A stretch of DNA of 63,412 bases, filler included, from Thraustochytrium aureum (Eukaryota): the NCBI GenBank assembly GCA_012862495.1. It is 5 parts of 5 records of this genome, joined end to end, with 100 filler letters (N's around TTAATTAATTAA, not from the genome) between each part and the next. Parts side by side here need not be neighbours in the genome. Positions count along the whole stretch, not along the records: positions 44,817 to 56,563 come from BLSG01000394.1; positions 56,664 to 61,340 come from BLSG01000399.1; 3 more parts are not named here. One strand, written 5' to 3'. The notes beneath the pieces are model-generated. The model was not told the origin of the DNA. It saw only the letters and a list, made by a program, of their open reading frames with translations, and did not search any database. Made by a program: the position numbers and the translations under genes. Positions 46,454 to 60,100 of this stretch are shown piece after piece; the first letter of the stretch is position 1; the number at the start of each line of letters is the position of its first letter.

Positions 46454-47485
46454 TCCCGCCCTCTTCCCTCCTTCCTTCCTCCTGCCTACTCTCACAGCCA
46501 GCGCGTTGACGGCAGCCGCGCAGCACTAGGGAGGGCTGCTCGAGAGGCCGGCTGGACGAGCGAGGACAAGGCGGCGCAAGACGCTAACGCGCTCGCCGAG
46601 GCGCACGGGCGTTGCGCGCTTGTGCTGTTTCGAAGATCTTGCTGTGCAACAAAAATGCACGGGGAAATCGGAGAAACTGAGCTCAATAAATGAAAGAAAG
46701 GCCAAACGAGGAAAACAGGAGGCAATTATTGGCTACAAACACGGAGTAAACGTTCGTTTGTTCTTTGTAGATGCCTTGCCAGCGCCTGACACAGGTTGGA
46801 CGTGGCGCGAAATAATGGCCGGATTTGTCCCACATTGGGATGGCGAAAAGCGTGCCAGCCCGGCGCCGTGGCGCCTCGTGCTCGCTCACTCACCTGCATG
46901 CGCATTTATGCTTGCGAGCTTTGGCGTCGAAGCTGCGTACAGCAGCAGGTGCTTGCTGCTGGGGCTGTTTGTCGCATCATGAAGCTTCGGGCGATGACTC
47001 TGCGCGCGTGAGATCCCAGAAAAGCTCCAACCGGCGTCAATCACTTCACGACACAGGGCCATGCTTCCGCTGAAACGCTCGACCGATGTTGCTTTTGGTT
47101 TAGCAGCAGCTGGCTTGGGGGTGCGGGATTTGATGCGAGATTGGGGACTCTGCTCGGCGCGGCTTTCGCGTGGTTCGGGGATGGGCTCGTGGGGGTCGTT
47201 CAATGTTGGTTCACAACAAAGACAATCACAGCTTTGAGAGCCTGCGGAGTGCGTGCACTGCCGCTTGGCTCGCTATAGGCAATGGACCATCAGCCGAGAT
47301 CCTTGGCGCCAACAGGCAGCCATACAGTCAGTCAGACTCGAGCGAGAGCGCTCTTCAAACGCGCAACGCGCAGCAACCCGCCGCACGAATCAAATCGAGC
47401 ACTCAAGTGAGCTGCGCGCGCAGCCCGTAGGCAGCGCGGCTCGCCCTTGGAGCTGCCCGAGCGAGCAACTGAGACCGGCTGAGCA

Positions 47486-50400
47486 ATGTTCAAGCAAGGA
47501 TCCGAGGCGTGGGTAAGGAGCGAAGATGACGCGCTTTGCTGGAGCGCGGCCAAGGTCGAGAGCCAAAGCGGACCGCTAGTCCGCCTCAAGGGCAAGGACG
47601 GGCGCGAAATGACCCGGGACAGCGCCGACGTTTTTATTGTCAACCAAGCCGTCGAAGAAGACATGTGCGCGCTGAGCAGTATCGACGAGCCGAACATCCT
47701 CCACAACCTCGAAGTGAGATCCAACCAGGACAAGCCGTACACGGCGATCGGGCCGGTCCTAGTCTCTGTCAACCCCCTGAAAGAGCTGGACGAGTCGGAG
47801 TACAAGGTGGGCTGTCAGAACGCAGCGGAGCGGGCGCACCCGTTTGGGATCGCCGAGGTGGCGTTCCAGCAAATGCAACTCGGCGCCAAGCGTGCCTGGT
47901 CAGCCAAAGAGGTGGAGGGCGCGCCAGCTCACAACCAGTCGATCGTGATCGGCGGTGAGTCCGGCTCGGGCAAGACCGAAGCAAGCAAGCGCGTGATTCG
48001 CCACCTCGTTGAGCGTTGCCAGAACTTTCGGGAGGTGCCCGACGCCGCTGCCCTGCGCCGCGGCAAACGGCAAGCCAAGTCAAAGGTCCCGCCGAGCGGG
48101 AAAGCACTGGATCTTCTTGAAGATCGTCTTCTTCGCGTCAGCCCCATCCTGGAGGCGATTGGGAACGCGTCCACCGGGCTCAACCACAACTCGTCGCGCT
48201 TTGGCAAGTATACCAAGGTGGTACTCCGCCCAAGCGCTGACCAGCGCACCTGGCGTCTCTGCGGAGCGAGGATTGAGACGTACCTGCTCGAGCGCAGCCG
48301 CGTCGTCTTCCACGCCCCGAACGAACGGTCCTTTCATATCTTGCACCAGCTGGCCGCTTCGGCAGACTCGCAGCCGAGTCTCGGCCTTGCCGCCGTGGGC
48401 GGGCCGCTCGTCTACGTCGGCCAACTTGACGCTGGGCGCCTCGACCGCGACAGGGCCAAGTTCGCCGAGTTTCTCGACGCTTGCCGCGCGATTGGGCTCG
48501 ACGCGTCCGAGATGGGCCAGTTCTTGGCTGCGCTCGCAGCGGTCTTGCACATGGGCAACATCGGTTTCGCTGGAGATCACGATACCTCCAAGCTCGATCG
48601 CGCGACACAAGGGCCCGACGCTTACGATGCCGTCGAGTGGACGAGCAAGCTGCTAGGGGTCCCTGTAGACGATCTAGAAGTGCTCTTGTGCCGCAAAAGC
48701 GTCTCGGTGCCAGGAGGGCAGACCATCGTCAAGCAACTTGGCACAAAGACGGCCTCCAACAACCGCCACGCGGTCGCCAAGGCGGTCTACTCTTGCGCCT
48801 TTGACTGGATGGTCGAAAAGATAAACAAAAACCTCGCGCTGCAGGATGGCCACGAGCCCGAAAGCAGCACGACACGAGAGGAGAGCGCAGCCGCGCAGGA
48901 CGCGTTTATCGGCGTCCTGGATATTTTCGGCTTTGAGTCCATGCAAAGCAACGGGTTCGAGCAGCTCTTGATCAACTACACCAACGAGGCGCTGCAGGAC
49001 ACGTTCATCAACCAGGTCTTCAAAGCGGAGGTGGACCTGTACCGCGCTGAGGGGCTCGTCATCAAGAGCGAAGAGTTTCCCGAACCAAAGCACAGCACAG
49101 CATGCCTGGATCTCTTCCTCGGGCAGCCCAGCGCAGAGAGCGGCCGTCGCGAAATGGGCTTGCTTGGCCTTGTCGATGAGGTGGCACGCGCGCCGCAGCC
49201 GACCGACGAAAAGGTCAACCAAGCGTTCCAAAAGCGCCTCGCCGGGCTGGAAGCCTTCTGCAAACCGCACCCCCGCGACCAGCGAACGTGCTTTGTGGTG
49301 GCCCATTATCCGGGCAAAGTCACGTATTCCGTGCTCGGCTTTCTCGAGAAGAACAGCGACACGCTGCCCGAGACCGCGATCGAGGTTCTGGCCACCTCGA
49401 CCAATGGGATCATCGCCTTGCTGTTTGCCCAGTCACGGCCTGCGGGACCAACAGGGCCAGGAGACCGCGCTCCACGCCGACAGAGGGCCGCCAAAGCTCG
49501 CTCGATCGTTTCCAAGTTCTCCGGCCAGATCAGCGAGCTGGTGGGAAGCTTGGAGGCGACCAAGTGCTCCTTTATCAGGTGCGTGAAGCCAAACGTGACG
49601 ATGCACCGCGGCGACGGCGGCCGCACCTGGTTTGACCGCGGATACGTGCTTAGCCAACTTCGGTGCCTGAGCATAGCGCAAACGGCACAGGTACTCAAGA
49701 GCGGCTTGCCAACCCGCATTCGATATGCCGCTCTGCTGGAGGCATACGGCGAGTCGCTTCCTGCCGAGGCGCTGGCGACGTGGCGGCACCTTGGCGGTGG
49801 CAACGAGCGAGCATTCACGCAGGCGCTGCTTTGGGCCTTTGACGTCCCGCGGACAGCTTTCCGATGCGGAGAGACTCGACTTTTCTTTCGGTCGGGCCAG
49901 CTCGCGATGCTTGACCGCATCTTGGAAGCGTCTCGAACGTGGTCGTGCTCACAAGGCGCGGATGCGCAGTCCCGAGCCGAGCGCGATTGGGTTGTGAAGC
50001 GGTTCAAACTCTACTACGTCAGGATGCTATGGCGCAAGTGCTTGGTCAAGGTGCAGGCTTCGCAGCACATGGTTCGCATGCTCGAGCGAGTTCGCGCGCG
50101 CTCGCGGGCTGCCGCGACTGTGAGCGCGTTTCTACGGATGGCTGTGGAGCGCTCGGCGTTTGTCGCCAAGAAGCAGGCTGCGATCGCGATCCAGTGCGCC
50201 GTGCGGTGCACGATTGCCTTGCGCTGCGCGGCGCATCTCGAGCAGGACCGCATTAGATGCCGTGCGGAGGCCGCGGCCCTTGCGCTCGCGGAGGAAAAGG
50301 CAGCGGCCGAGCGCGCAGCCAACGGGACAGCAGCGCGGGAAGCCGCAAACACAGCGACCGCGCTTGCCGACGCAAGCGACGCTGTCGATCGGGCGGGGGC

Positions 50401-51735
50401 GGCGGACGCGCCGCTCAGTTCCGCCAAGGTTCTGCAAGTCTGCCAAAGCGCCGCCCGAGCCAGCTGCGTCGAGTCTGTGAAGAGTGTCAAGGCCGAGCCC
50501 GTCGCATTGCAGCGAGCTGCTGGTGAAGCAAAGGATGCGCCGGAAGAGCCGAGCTGCACCCTGCACAAGCTCGTACCGACCGTGGCTGTTGCCCCCGATG
50601 CTTCTTCTGCTGCTGAGAGCAGTAGCGCCCTTCGGCGGCAGTCATCGTGGCGTCAACTTGTAAGAGTTCCCTCGTTTGCGAGCGTGAGCAGCACCACGTC
50701 CCGGCGCTCGCTGTCGACCGGGGAGCGCGCGCGCCCCAAGAACTGCGCGGAGTCGGCGCACAACGAATCGCTAGCTCACTGCACCAGGGTGGCCGAGCAA
50801 GTCTTTGGGTTCGACAACGACGCCATCGACCGCGAGCGGATTAAGCNNNNNNNNNNNNNNNNNNNNNNNNNNNNNNNNNNNNNNNNNNNNNNNNNNNNNN
50901 NNNNNNNNNNNNNNNNNNNNNNNNNNNNNNNNNNNNNNNNNNNNNNNNNNNNNNNNNNNNNNNNNNNNNNNNNNNNNNNNNNNNNNNNNNNNNNNNNNNC
51001 ATCGACCGCGAGCGGATTAAGCAGTATCAAGAGCAGGCCAAGGGGCCTGCGGCATGGGAGGTGCTCGGCAAGCGACTCGTGCAAGCGCACCTCGTTCTCG
51101 CGAACGATTCCAAGAAGGACGTGGCGCAGCTCCAGGCTCGCTCAGAGCAGCTCTCGGGCATGCTGGAGCAAAGCGAGCAGCGCTGCTGGGAGTACAAGGT
51201 TGTTGCGGCCGAGCGGGAGGCGCGCATCACCGAGCTTACATCGACGCTGCTGCGCCGGGACGAGGAGCGCCGCGAGGTCCTTGCGCAAGATCGGCTGCGC
51301 CAGCAGAGCTCTGGCATGTCGGCCGACGCGGAAAGCGAGTGCATTGCCTCCTTGGTTGAGATGGTCCAGGCGCAGCAGCTCAAGATTGTCGCCCTCACCG
51401 AGCAAGCGGATCAGCTCCGTGAGCTCCACCAAGAAGAGGCGGAAGCGAAAGCCTACATGGCCAAGGTTCTCGACCAGCTCACGCTCGACCTTGAGCGCGA
51501 GCGCATGCAGGCGAAGCGCAACTTTGAGTTTTTCGAGGGCAAGCTCCGCGAAGCCGACGCCGAGGTCGACAAGCGCGACAAGCTCGTGGACAACTACCAG
51601 CTGCAGCTTGCCCGCTGCAAGGGGATGCTGGCAGAGTGGCTGTCGAGCAAGAGCGACGAGACTGGGACCTTTGCTTACGAGAGGGCCCGCTTTGGAATCC
51701 AGCCGGAGAGGGTCAAAGCAGCGGACGTGGCGTAG
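47486..51735 (+). CDS. Myosin: N-terminal SH3-like region, motor, IQ-like motifs, coiled-coil tail (tail in frame 51061-51735 after gap)
   Basis: PYTAIGPVLVSVNP, GESGSGKTE, NHNSSRFGKY, YLLERSR, LDIFGFE, NGFEQLLINYTNE.LQ, FIRCVKPN. Confidence 0.95.
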
Positions 51736-51853
51736 GGCGGGTAGGCAAGCAGGTGCTTCTGGAGCCGCCCCGCTTTTAGGGACGAGTCTGCGCCACGGGT
51801 AGAGAGTCGACCAAAAGAAGCTGCTATTTGTTGCTGTGCGCTGCGCTAGCCAG

Positions 51854-52768
51854 CTACAAGGGCACGATGCGGTTGGTGCCGTCAGTAATCGCACGCGCCA
51901 TTTCCTGCGCCGACGGCGCGTGGCGGTTGGCCGCATCCGCTTGCATTAGGGCGTCGCGAATCTGCATTCCGAGGTCGCTAACTGCGCTTGGCCCTGTCGG
52001 AACGAAAACCGTGGAGGCGTTGGGGTTTGAGCCAATGTCGCGCAGGGCGTCAAAGTAGTTGGTGAGCAAGACCAGGTTTAGCACCTCGCGCGGCTGAACG
52101 CCGTCCACGTTGCCAGCAAAGGAGGTTACTGACTCTTGCAGGCCATTCACAATGGCCTGGCGCTGGCGGGCGACGCCGAGGCCGGAGAGGTACTTTGCCT
52201 CCGCCTCGGCCTCTGCAGCTTTGACCACCATGATCTTCTCCGCTTCGCCCTTCTCTTTAGCGGCCTCCCGCGCGCGCTGCGCAGCGTTTATCTCGTTCAT
52301 GGAGCGCTTGACCTCCGCGTTCGGGCTCAGGTCCGTAACGAGCGTCCCGAGCATCTCAAACCCATAGGTGCCCATCGTCTCACTGAGCTCGTTCTTGATG
52401 GCGCGTGCGATCTCCTCTTTGCGCTCAAAGATGTCGTCGAGGTCTATTTTGGGCACGGTGCTGCGGATCACGTCGTGCACGTAGGCCTTCATCTGCTCGC
52501 GGGGATCCGTGAGCTTGTAGTGAGCATCGTAGACTTGGTCAAGAAGCACCCTGTACTGTACGCTGACCACGACGAACACCCACACGTTGTCCTTTGTCTT
52601 TGTCTCGCACGACACGTCGAGCTGCTGAATGCGCAGGCTGACTTTGCCGGTCACAAACTCGCAAAGGCACGGCAAGAACGGCGCGAGACCGGGCCCGACC
52701 GTCCTCGAAAACTTGCCGCAGCGCTCGATCAGGTACACGCTATCGTTCGGCACGCATAGCAGACACAT
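51854..52768 (-). CDS. SPFH/band-7 protein, hypersensitive-induced-response (HIR)-like
   Basis: ERCGKF, SLRIQQLDVSCETKTKDNV, VHDVIRSTVPK.DLDD.FE.K, MNEINAA.R, AEAKYLSGLGVARQRQAIVNGL. Confidence 0.95.
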   Translation of the reverse strand: MCLLCVPNDSVYLIERCGKFSRTVGPGLAPFLPCLCEFVTGKVSLRIQQLDVSCETKTKDNVWVFVVVSVQYRVLLDQVYDAHYKLTDPREQMKAYVHDVIRSTVPKIDLDDIFERKEEIARAIKNELSETMGTYGFEMLGTLVTDLSPNAEVKRSMNEINAAQRAREAAKEKGEAEKIMVVKAAEAEAEAKYLSGLGVARQRQAIVNGLQESVTSFAGNVDGVQPREVLNLVLLTNYFDALRDIGSNPNASTVFVPTGPSAVSDLGMQIRDALMQADAANRHAPSAQEMARAITDGTNRIVPL

Positions 52769-54301
52769 CGCCGCGCCCACAAGCACATCTACGTCGTAAC
52801 GACGTGTACGTGCAGCGATCGCTGGCCTCGACGATTTCGAGCTCTGCAGTCCAACAAAGTGTGCCGCTTGCTCGAGGTTCTCAGCGAAATAGCCGTTGGG
52901 CCGAGTTTGACTCCAGATCAGCTCGTTGCGCCTTCAGACCCAGCCTGCACACCGAAGGCCCAAGCCAGGCTCGCCGCGACCGAGTCAGTCGCGTAAGGGA
53001 CGCCGATGGGACGGACTTGCCAGGCGACCACCGCCTTGCTGTGGTGCCGGACCGACTGGGCAACAAAAAACATGTTGTCACATCTGAGCGCTCGGTGCGG
53101 CTGAGAATGCGCCAGCCCTGACAATGCGCCAGCCCGACCGGCGAACGCAGTCCAGCAGCAGCACCGCCAGCAACACCACCGCCACCAGCAGCAGCAGCAG
53201 CACCAGCACCAGCGGTCATGTCACCTGAAGGCGAAAAAAACGCCTGTGCTGTCGCAGCAGAAACGCGCAGCGCGAGAGCGGCCGTCGGCCCACCGCTGTG
53301 CACCGCAGCAGAGCAGCCGCAAAGCCTCTCCNNNNNNNNNNNNNNNNNNNNNNNNNNNNNNNNNNNNNNNNNNNNNNNNNNNNNNNNNNNNNNNNNNNNN
53401 NNNNNNNNNNNNNNNNNNNNNNNNNNNNNNNNNNNNNNNNNNNNNNNNNNNNNNNNNNNNNNNNNNNNNNNNNNNNNNNNNNNNNNNNNNNNNNNNNNNN
53501 NNNNNNNNNNNNNNNNNNNNNNNNNNNNNNNNNNNNNNNNNNNNNNNNNNNNNNNNNNNNNNNNNNNNNNNNNNNNNNNNNNNNNNNNNNNNNNNNNNNN
53601 NNNNNNNNNNNNNNNNNNNNNNNNNNNNNNNNNNNNNNNNNNNNNNNNNNNNNNNNNNNNNNNNNNNNNNNNNNNNNNNNNNNNNNNNNNNNNNNNNNNN
53701 NNNNNNNNNNNNNNNNNNNNNNNNNNNNNNNNNNNNNNNNNNNNNNNNNNNNNNNNNNNNNNNNNNNNNNNNNNNNNNNNNNNNNNNNNNNNNNNNNNNN
53801 NNNNNNNNNNNNNNNNNNNNNNNNNNNNNNNNNNNNNNNNNNNNNNNNNNNNNNNNNNNNNNNNNNNNNNNNNNNNNNNNNNNNNNNNNNNNNNNNNNNN
53901 NNNNNNNNNNNNNNNNNNNNNNNNNNNNNNNNNNNNNNNNNNNNNNNNNNNNNNNNNNNNNNNNNNNNNNNNNNNNNNNNNNNNNNNNNNNNNNNNNNNN
54001 NNNNNNNNNNNNNNNNNNNNNNNNNNNNNNNNNNNNNNNNNNNNNNNNNNNNNNNNNNNNNNNNNNNNNNNNNNNNNNNNNNNNNNNNNNNNNNNNNNNN
54101 NNNNNNNNNNNNNNNNNNNNNNNNNNNNNNNNNNNNNNNNNNNNNNNNNNNNNNNNNNNNNNNNNNNNNNNNNNNNNNNNNNNNNNNNNNNNNNNNNNNN
54201 NNNNNNNNNNNNNNNNNNNNNNNNNNNNNNNNNNNNNNNNNNNNNNNNNNNNNNNNNNNNNNNNNNNNNNNNNNNNNNNNNNNNNNNNNNNNNNNNNNNN
54301 N

Positions 54302-55950
54302 ACCCGACGCTGGCGGAGAGCCTTTGGGCCATTTACGAGGCGAGCTCGAACGGCGGTAAAGACCACCGAGGCTGCACGTTTGGCGAGATCGGCGCAGGTA
54401 CGCAGTGCCTTTTGCTGGTCTTCTGTTCGGTCCTGCACCACGTCCTGGTTGTGACGGACGATGCCGAGCTGTACGATGGGCACCGCCCGATGCACCTCTT
54501 CGAGCTCGGTTCGGTAGTCGCGAGCCTGAAGCAGTTGTTGTTCAAGACGATCACGAGGGCGGGCGGCGTTGGTGGCGGCGGGGACGGCGGTTTGGGAGGT
54601 GCGCTAGCGGGTGCTGCGAGCCGGCTCTTGCAGGCCTTGTACGAGCGGCACTCGCGGCGGCCGATCTGCCCAGCCAAGACCTGGCTCGTCCCCGAGCTCA
54701 ACTACAAGAACGGGATGGCCAACCTGAGCGCGGCTGTCTCAGAGGAGGCGCGCGCCAGGCTGGTGCGGGATATGTCGTACGGGATTCCCTTCGCCGAGCG
54801 CGTTCGTATGTTCCACCTGCTCGTTGCAGCCGACAGGCGTGAGCACCAACCGGAGGGAGTCTCGGAGGTGCGATTTCAGGTGCGCCGCGACCAGATCTTC
54901 GAGGACGGGTTTCGCAACCTGGCCGGGCTGGGGCCCAGGCTGCGGGGCAAGCTGTACGTGGTCTTCGTAAACGCTGCGGGCCAGCAGGAGAGCGGGATCG
55001 ACGCCGGCGGGCTATTCAAAGAGTTTTGGACTCTGCTGTCCGCGGTGGCCTTCGCGCAGCAGTACGGGCTCTTCAACGTGACGGACGACCAAATGCTGTA
55101 CCCGAACCCACAGTCTGAGGTGATTCATGGGGAGGAGCACTTGGCGCTGTTTGAGTTTTTGGGTGCCATTGTGGGCAAGGCCATGTACGAGGAGATCGTG
55201 ATCCAGCCGCGCTTTGCTCGCTTCTTCCTGTCGAGGTTTCTGGGGCGGTTTAGCTTTATCGGCGACTTGCCGTCGCTCGACATGGAGCTGTACAAGAACT
55301 TGGTGTTCCTCAAGTCGTACGACGGCGACCTGCGCGATCTGTGTCTCACGTTTGCTGTGGCGGAGGACAAGTTTGGCACACAAGACCAGGTGGAGCTGAT
55401 TCCCGGTGGTGCGGGCATGGAGGTGACCTCGCAAAACAAGTTTCGGTACATCAACCTCGTTGCCAACTACCACCTCAACGTGCGGGGCGCGGCGCAGACG
55501 AGCGCTTTCTTGCGCGGGTTTTCTCAGATAATCAAGCCCGAGTGGATTCGGATGTTTACGCAGCCGGAGCTGCAGACGCTGATTTCGGGCTCGAGCCTCC
55601 CCATGAGCGTGCAGGACCTCAAGAGCCACACGGTTTACGCAAACGGCTTTCACCGGATGGACCCGACGGTGGCGCGGTTCTGGCGCGTCGTGTCCGAGCT
55701 CAGTGAGCAGGACAAGGCGCTTTTGCTCAAGTTTACGACGTCGTGCGAGCGTCCGCCGCTTCTCGGGTTTGGCGCCCTTCAGCCGCCGTTTTGCCTGCAC
55801 CGTATCCCCATCAAGAGCGACGACGAGCGCCTTGTGGCCGCCTCGACGTGCTTTAACACGCTCAAGCTGCCCACGTACTCGAGCAGCAGGGTCCTCAAGC
55901 AGAAGCTCTTGCTGTCGATCCGTTCGGGGGCCGGCTTTGAGCTGAGCTGA
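54302..55950 (+). CDS. HECT E3 ubiquitin ligase (UBE3B/C-like), 5' partial
   Basis: IPFAERV, VRRDQIFEDGF, ESGIDAGGLFKEF, LPSLD.ELYKNL, LLKFTTSCERPPLLGF, ASTCFNTLKLP.Y, GAGFELS*. Confidence 0.95.
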
Positions 55951-56115
55951 CCGTGGGGCGCAGTTGGACCATTTGCTTGCGGCCTTCTGCTCGAGGCGCA
56001 GTGTGGCCGAACCCGCCGATGGGCGTGTTGTATATAAAACCAAAAAAGAAAAAGAGCGCCAGCTATTGTTGCATCCTTGGCAGCGCCAGGTTGCCTGCCT
56101 TGGCGGCCTGCCTGC

Positions 56116-56563
56116 TTACGAGTAAAAGTCGTCCTCCCCGGCGGCATCGCCGGCTCCGCTCTCGCGGTCGGCCTTGGCCTGGAGCGCGCGGAGGAAGGCC
56201 CCGACCCCGTCGCCGCGCTGGAGCTCGGCTGCCCCGTCCATGGGGTCAAGCCCAAAGTTGGACATGACGGTGTTAAAGTTGTCGGACTGCAGCGCCTGGG
56301 AGAGCGCCAGGAAGGCCTGGCGAATTTGCGGGCTCGACGTCGCGTGGAAGAGCTCGTCCGCGGACTGGCGCTCCTCTGGTAGGAACTGTATGAGGTGCTC
56401 ATGGACCTCGGTGTCGGCGAGGAGGCCTGCATCGCGGCCGAGTCGAAGATTTGGTCGAGCGAGGGCGCAAGCGCCGGGCGCTGGACCTGCTGCATCATGC
56501 TCTGCATGCCGGAGAGCGCGCGCTGTGGGCCACCGGACCACGCGTTCGTTAGGGGCGATTCAC
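56116..56563 (-). CDS. RPN13: Proteasome ubiquitin receptor Rpn13/ADRM1, C-terminal UCH37-binding domain, 5' partial; frameshift at 56424-56425
   Basis: L..FLPE......L.....SPQIRQA...LSQALQSDNF..VMSNFGLDP.........GVGAFL.AL. Confidence 0.75.
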
Positions 56564-56607
56564 NNNNNNNNNNNNNNNNNNNNNNNNNNNNNNNNNNNNN
56601 NNNNNNN

Positions 56608-56619
56608 TTAATTAATTAA
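56608..56619. other. Artificial scaffold linker TTAATTAATTAA
   Basis: Same 12-mer embedded in N run. Confidence 0.95.
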
Positions 56620-57149
56620 NNNNNNNNNNNNNNNNNNNNNNNNNNNNNNNNNNNNNNNNNNNNCGAGGCGGGAGCGAACGGTCCGGAGCTATCAGCGGCG
56701 GCTGGATGCTCGAGAGGCGGCGCCGCTTACTTGGTGGACGCTCGTCCGGGGCGCACAAAGACATCGATTCGCCCATCACGCTCTTCTCTTCCTCCGATGC
56801 AATGCGTCGTTTCTCGTTCGTGTGGCTTGTGTTTGGGTACTGCCGCATTGTTGTGTCGTTGGGGTCAAGTCCACGTTGACAAATCGCGAGCACCAAACAA
56901 TCCAACTCGCGGGCCGCGCAACTCGACTCGTTTGCTGCGGCGCTGGAACTGCAAGTCCGAGTCCGTGCAAGGATGGCTCGTCTTGGTCTGGGACAACCCG
57001 TTGTGTTGAGCCGCCTGCACGAGTCCAGGAAGGCCGTTTGCACAAGTGTCAAAGGTGCACCGAATTGTGCAGACGAACAAGGTCGGCGAAAACGGCGAAA
57101 GCCTCTGCTCGGATTATTTTTTCCGACCCACTAAACGCGGCCCGACCCA

Positions 57150-60100
57150 CTAAACGTGAAGAACGAGCTCGTTCAGGTCTTCCGGATACAACGAGCCGCC
57201 AGCCTGCGAGGCGGGCTCGCGCAGATCAGAGCGGCTCGCCACGCCAGCATTTCCGATGTCGATGTCCTCCAACTCTTGCACTTGGGCGGAGCACGCTGTC
57301 TCATGACCGGCGTCCATGTCCACATCGTGAAGGGCCATGCCGTTGAAGTCTTCCAAAGAAACGTCGCTGTCTGCTTCGGAAAGGGACTCTGGGACCTCCT
57401 CGGCTTGGGGGCTGCCAAACACCGACCAGGATGCCCGCGGCACAGCGGGCTGGTCGGAGACAGAGAGCAGTGGGGGCTCGTTCAGTACAGCCGAGTCCTC
57501 GTCCTCATTTGAAACGTTGGCAAAAAGGACCTCCTCTGCAGTCTCACCAGCCCCATCCCACGGCACGCTGTTGGGACTGAATACATCGCTGTAGCCTGCC
57601 TCTGCCTCTGCCTCTGCATCTGCCTCCACAAGAGGAGCTGCCCCCTCGGAGACCCGCGCTGATGCGGGCTTCGGTGGGAGGGTTGGAGACTGTACGTGAA
57701 ACCCAATTGGGGGTCCAGGGCTGGACGGTTCGTTCTGCGTCCACCAGGCGGGCGACAGGGTCGCGCTTTCGCTCGCAACATCGCCGCGCAAATCGCCACC
57801 GTGCACACCCGCATCCCGCTCTGGGGTGCCGGCCCACCATGCCGTGGACGGCGAAGCAAGACTCGGGGCACTCTCTCTGGGATCGAAGGCGCTCCTAGCA
57901 GGAGTGCTGGCCGTGCTTGCGGGGGTTGCTTGCACATGCTTCGCATCCGACCCGTACAGCTGTTGCACGCGACTTAGGGCACGGACGAGAATCGCCTTTT
58001 CTCGCGTCATCGCCTCGAGAATAGCCCTCTGCGGAGCCGAGTCGGCCGCCGTCCTTGAACACGCCGCACTTGCGAGAGAACGCGAGAGGTCGCGCGAGAT
58101 CTGCGCGAGGGTGTGGGCCTGCGCTTGCGAATCCTGTCGCGCTCCGCCCACAACGTGGAGGAGGGCCTCTACCGTGCGGCATGCTTTTTCGAGGTTGGAC
58201 CTGATGGCCACCTCGTTGTCCGATCGCTCGCCCGCGGAAACGTCTGCCGCGTCTTGCGTCGACGCTTGAAGTCGCTCTCTCTCTCTTTCAAACTCTGCCT
58301 GGAGCTCCTCTATGGCCTCCTCCTTTTCCTGCTCGAACATTTCGCGCCAGGACTCTATTGTCTTGGTCATGCTCCTTCGCATCTCGTCTTGGGCCTCTTC
58401 GACAGCGGCGTCGCGCAGCGCGGCGGACCGCTCTTTTTCAGCATCGAGCTCTCGTTGCACCTCCTCGGCGCGCGCGGCGTACGACTTTGCGGCTCGCTCG
58501 GCCGCATCCAGGAGCTCTCGGAGGGCCGCCTCTCGTTCGCTTTGGACAGCAGACGCTGGCCTGGCGGCAGCGAGCTCCTCCACCTTGAGCTCAAGCTCGT
58601 TCGTTGCATCGAGAAACTCTTGCTCACGCGTTCATGGCTCCGTTCTAACTCCAAGACCCGGTTGTGGGCTGTCTGTGCAGCGAGTTGCGCCGTTTGCAGC
58701 TCTCGGCGGAGCTCTGCCGCTTGCTCGAGCGACAATGACCCAGCTTGATCCCTGGCGACGCTGGCACCCACGTGGGAGAGCTTGAGGTCGTCGGAGGTCA
58801 AACCGACCTCGCGGCGTGCAATCTCCAGCTCTTGCATTAAAACGTGCGCCTTCGATTCAGCCGCCTGCTCGTGCTGCTCGGCAAGAGCAGTTGCTGCGCG
58901 CGCACTTTCGAGCTCTGCGCCAAGCGCTCGATTTTGGGCCTGAAGCTCGCCAAGGCGCGTTTCAAGAGCGGATACGCGCTCATCTGCACCGGCCCGCGCT
59001 TGAAGAATCTCTTGCTCGTAGTTCTCCGAGCGGTTTTGCATGCTTTGCGCTCGCCTTTCAAGCAGCTGCACTTGGGCTTCGTGCTCGGCTGCTCGCGCCT
59101 CAGCACTTGCCGCTGCGGCTCGCGCCCGCTCGAGTTGGTCGGCGAGCTCCGCGATGCGCTCNNNNNNNNNNNNNNNNNNNNNNNNNNNNNNNNNNNNNNN
59201 NNNNNNNNNNNNNNNNNNNNNNNNNNNNNNNNNNNNNNNNNNNNNNNNNNNNNNNNNNNNNNNNNNNNNNNNNNNNNNNNNNNNNNNNNNNCGCTCGCGG
59301 AATTCGCTTTCGAGCTCTTGCGCGCGCGTCTGCTGGGCGGCAACTGCCTTCTCAAGCTCGCAAGCAGCGGCGCTAGCGGCGCGCTCGGCTTGGCCCTGAA
59401 GCAGTTCCACTTGCGTTTCTAGCTCGGCGACACGCGCACCTGCGTCGAGCCGCGTCTGCTCTGCCATGTTTGCGAGGCGCTCCGCTGTGGCGTCGTGCGC
59501 CAGTTGGAGCTCGCGATGGCGTTCCTCTGTCGCTTGTCGAGCCTCGTCCAATTGTTGCATGCGTGCCTTCAAAGCGGCCTCTTGCTGTTCAAGCCGTTCC
59601 GCCCTTGCATGCTGCTCGTCGGCTCGCGCATCCGCGGAAAGACAAGAGGCTCGGGCTTCAGCAAGGTTGGCCTCGAGCTCCTGAACGCGGCGCTCCCAAA
59701 CTTGAACTGCCTCGCCGTGGAGTATTGCTTGCTGCGATGCTGCGCTCTCGGAACGACATTCAAGCTGCCGCAGCTGCTCCCTGAACCCGCTCGCGCGCTC
59801 TTCAGCGGCAGCCGCGCAATCTAGCGCCTGCTCCAGTTCCGCCCCGCGCTCTGCAAGGCACTTTTCTAACTCGGCAACTCTGTTTTCCAGCGCAGGCCGC
59901 TCCGGACCGCCGTGGTTGTCTGCAGCTTCCCTAGAGGATTGCTCAAGCTCTTGGGCCCTTTTCTCTGCGTTCTGTGCTCTGGTTGTGGCTTGTTGCAGCG
60001 CACTGGTGGAGGCCTCTGTTGCGGTCCGGAGCCGAGCAGCCTCGCTATCGAGCCGCAGGACCTCGCGCTCGGCAGATTCGAGGCCAGTGTGCGCGGCTTG

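Noticed and set aside
46620..46982. 120-aa ORF in the AKR-myosin intergenic region
   Set aside because: No ATG start and no recognisable domain
17636..51735. Functional cluster of motor genes (two kinesins and a myosin)
   Set aside because: They are interspersed with unrelated genes and partly separated by an artificial linker
56664..57052. Minus-strand ORF with KRRR motif as the 5' end of Rpn13
   Set aside because: Does not resemble the Rpn13 Pru domain and lies across an artificial linker
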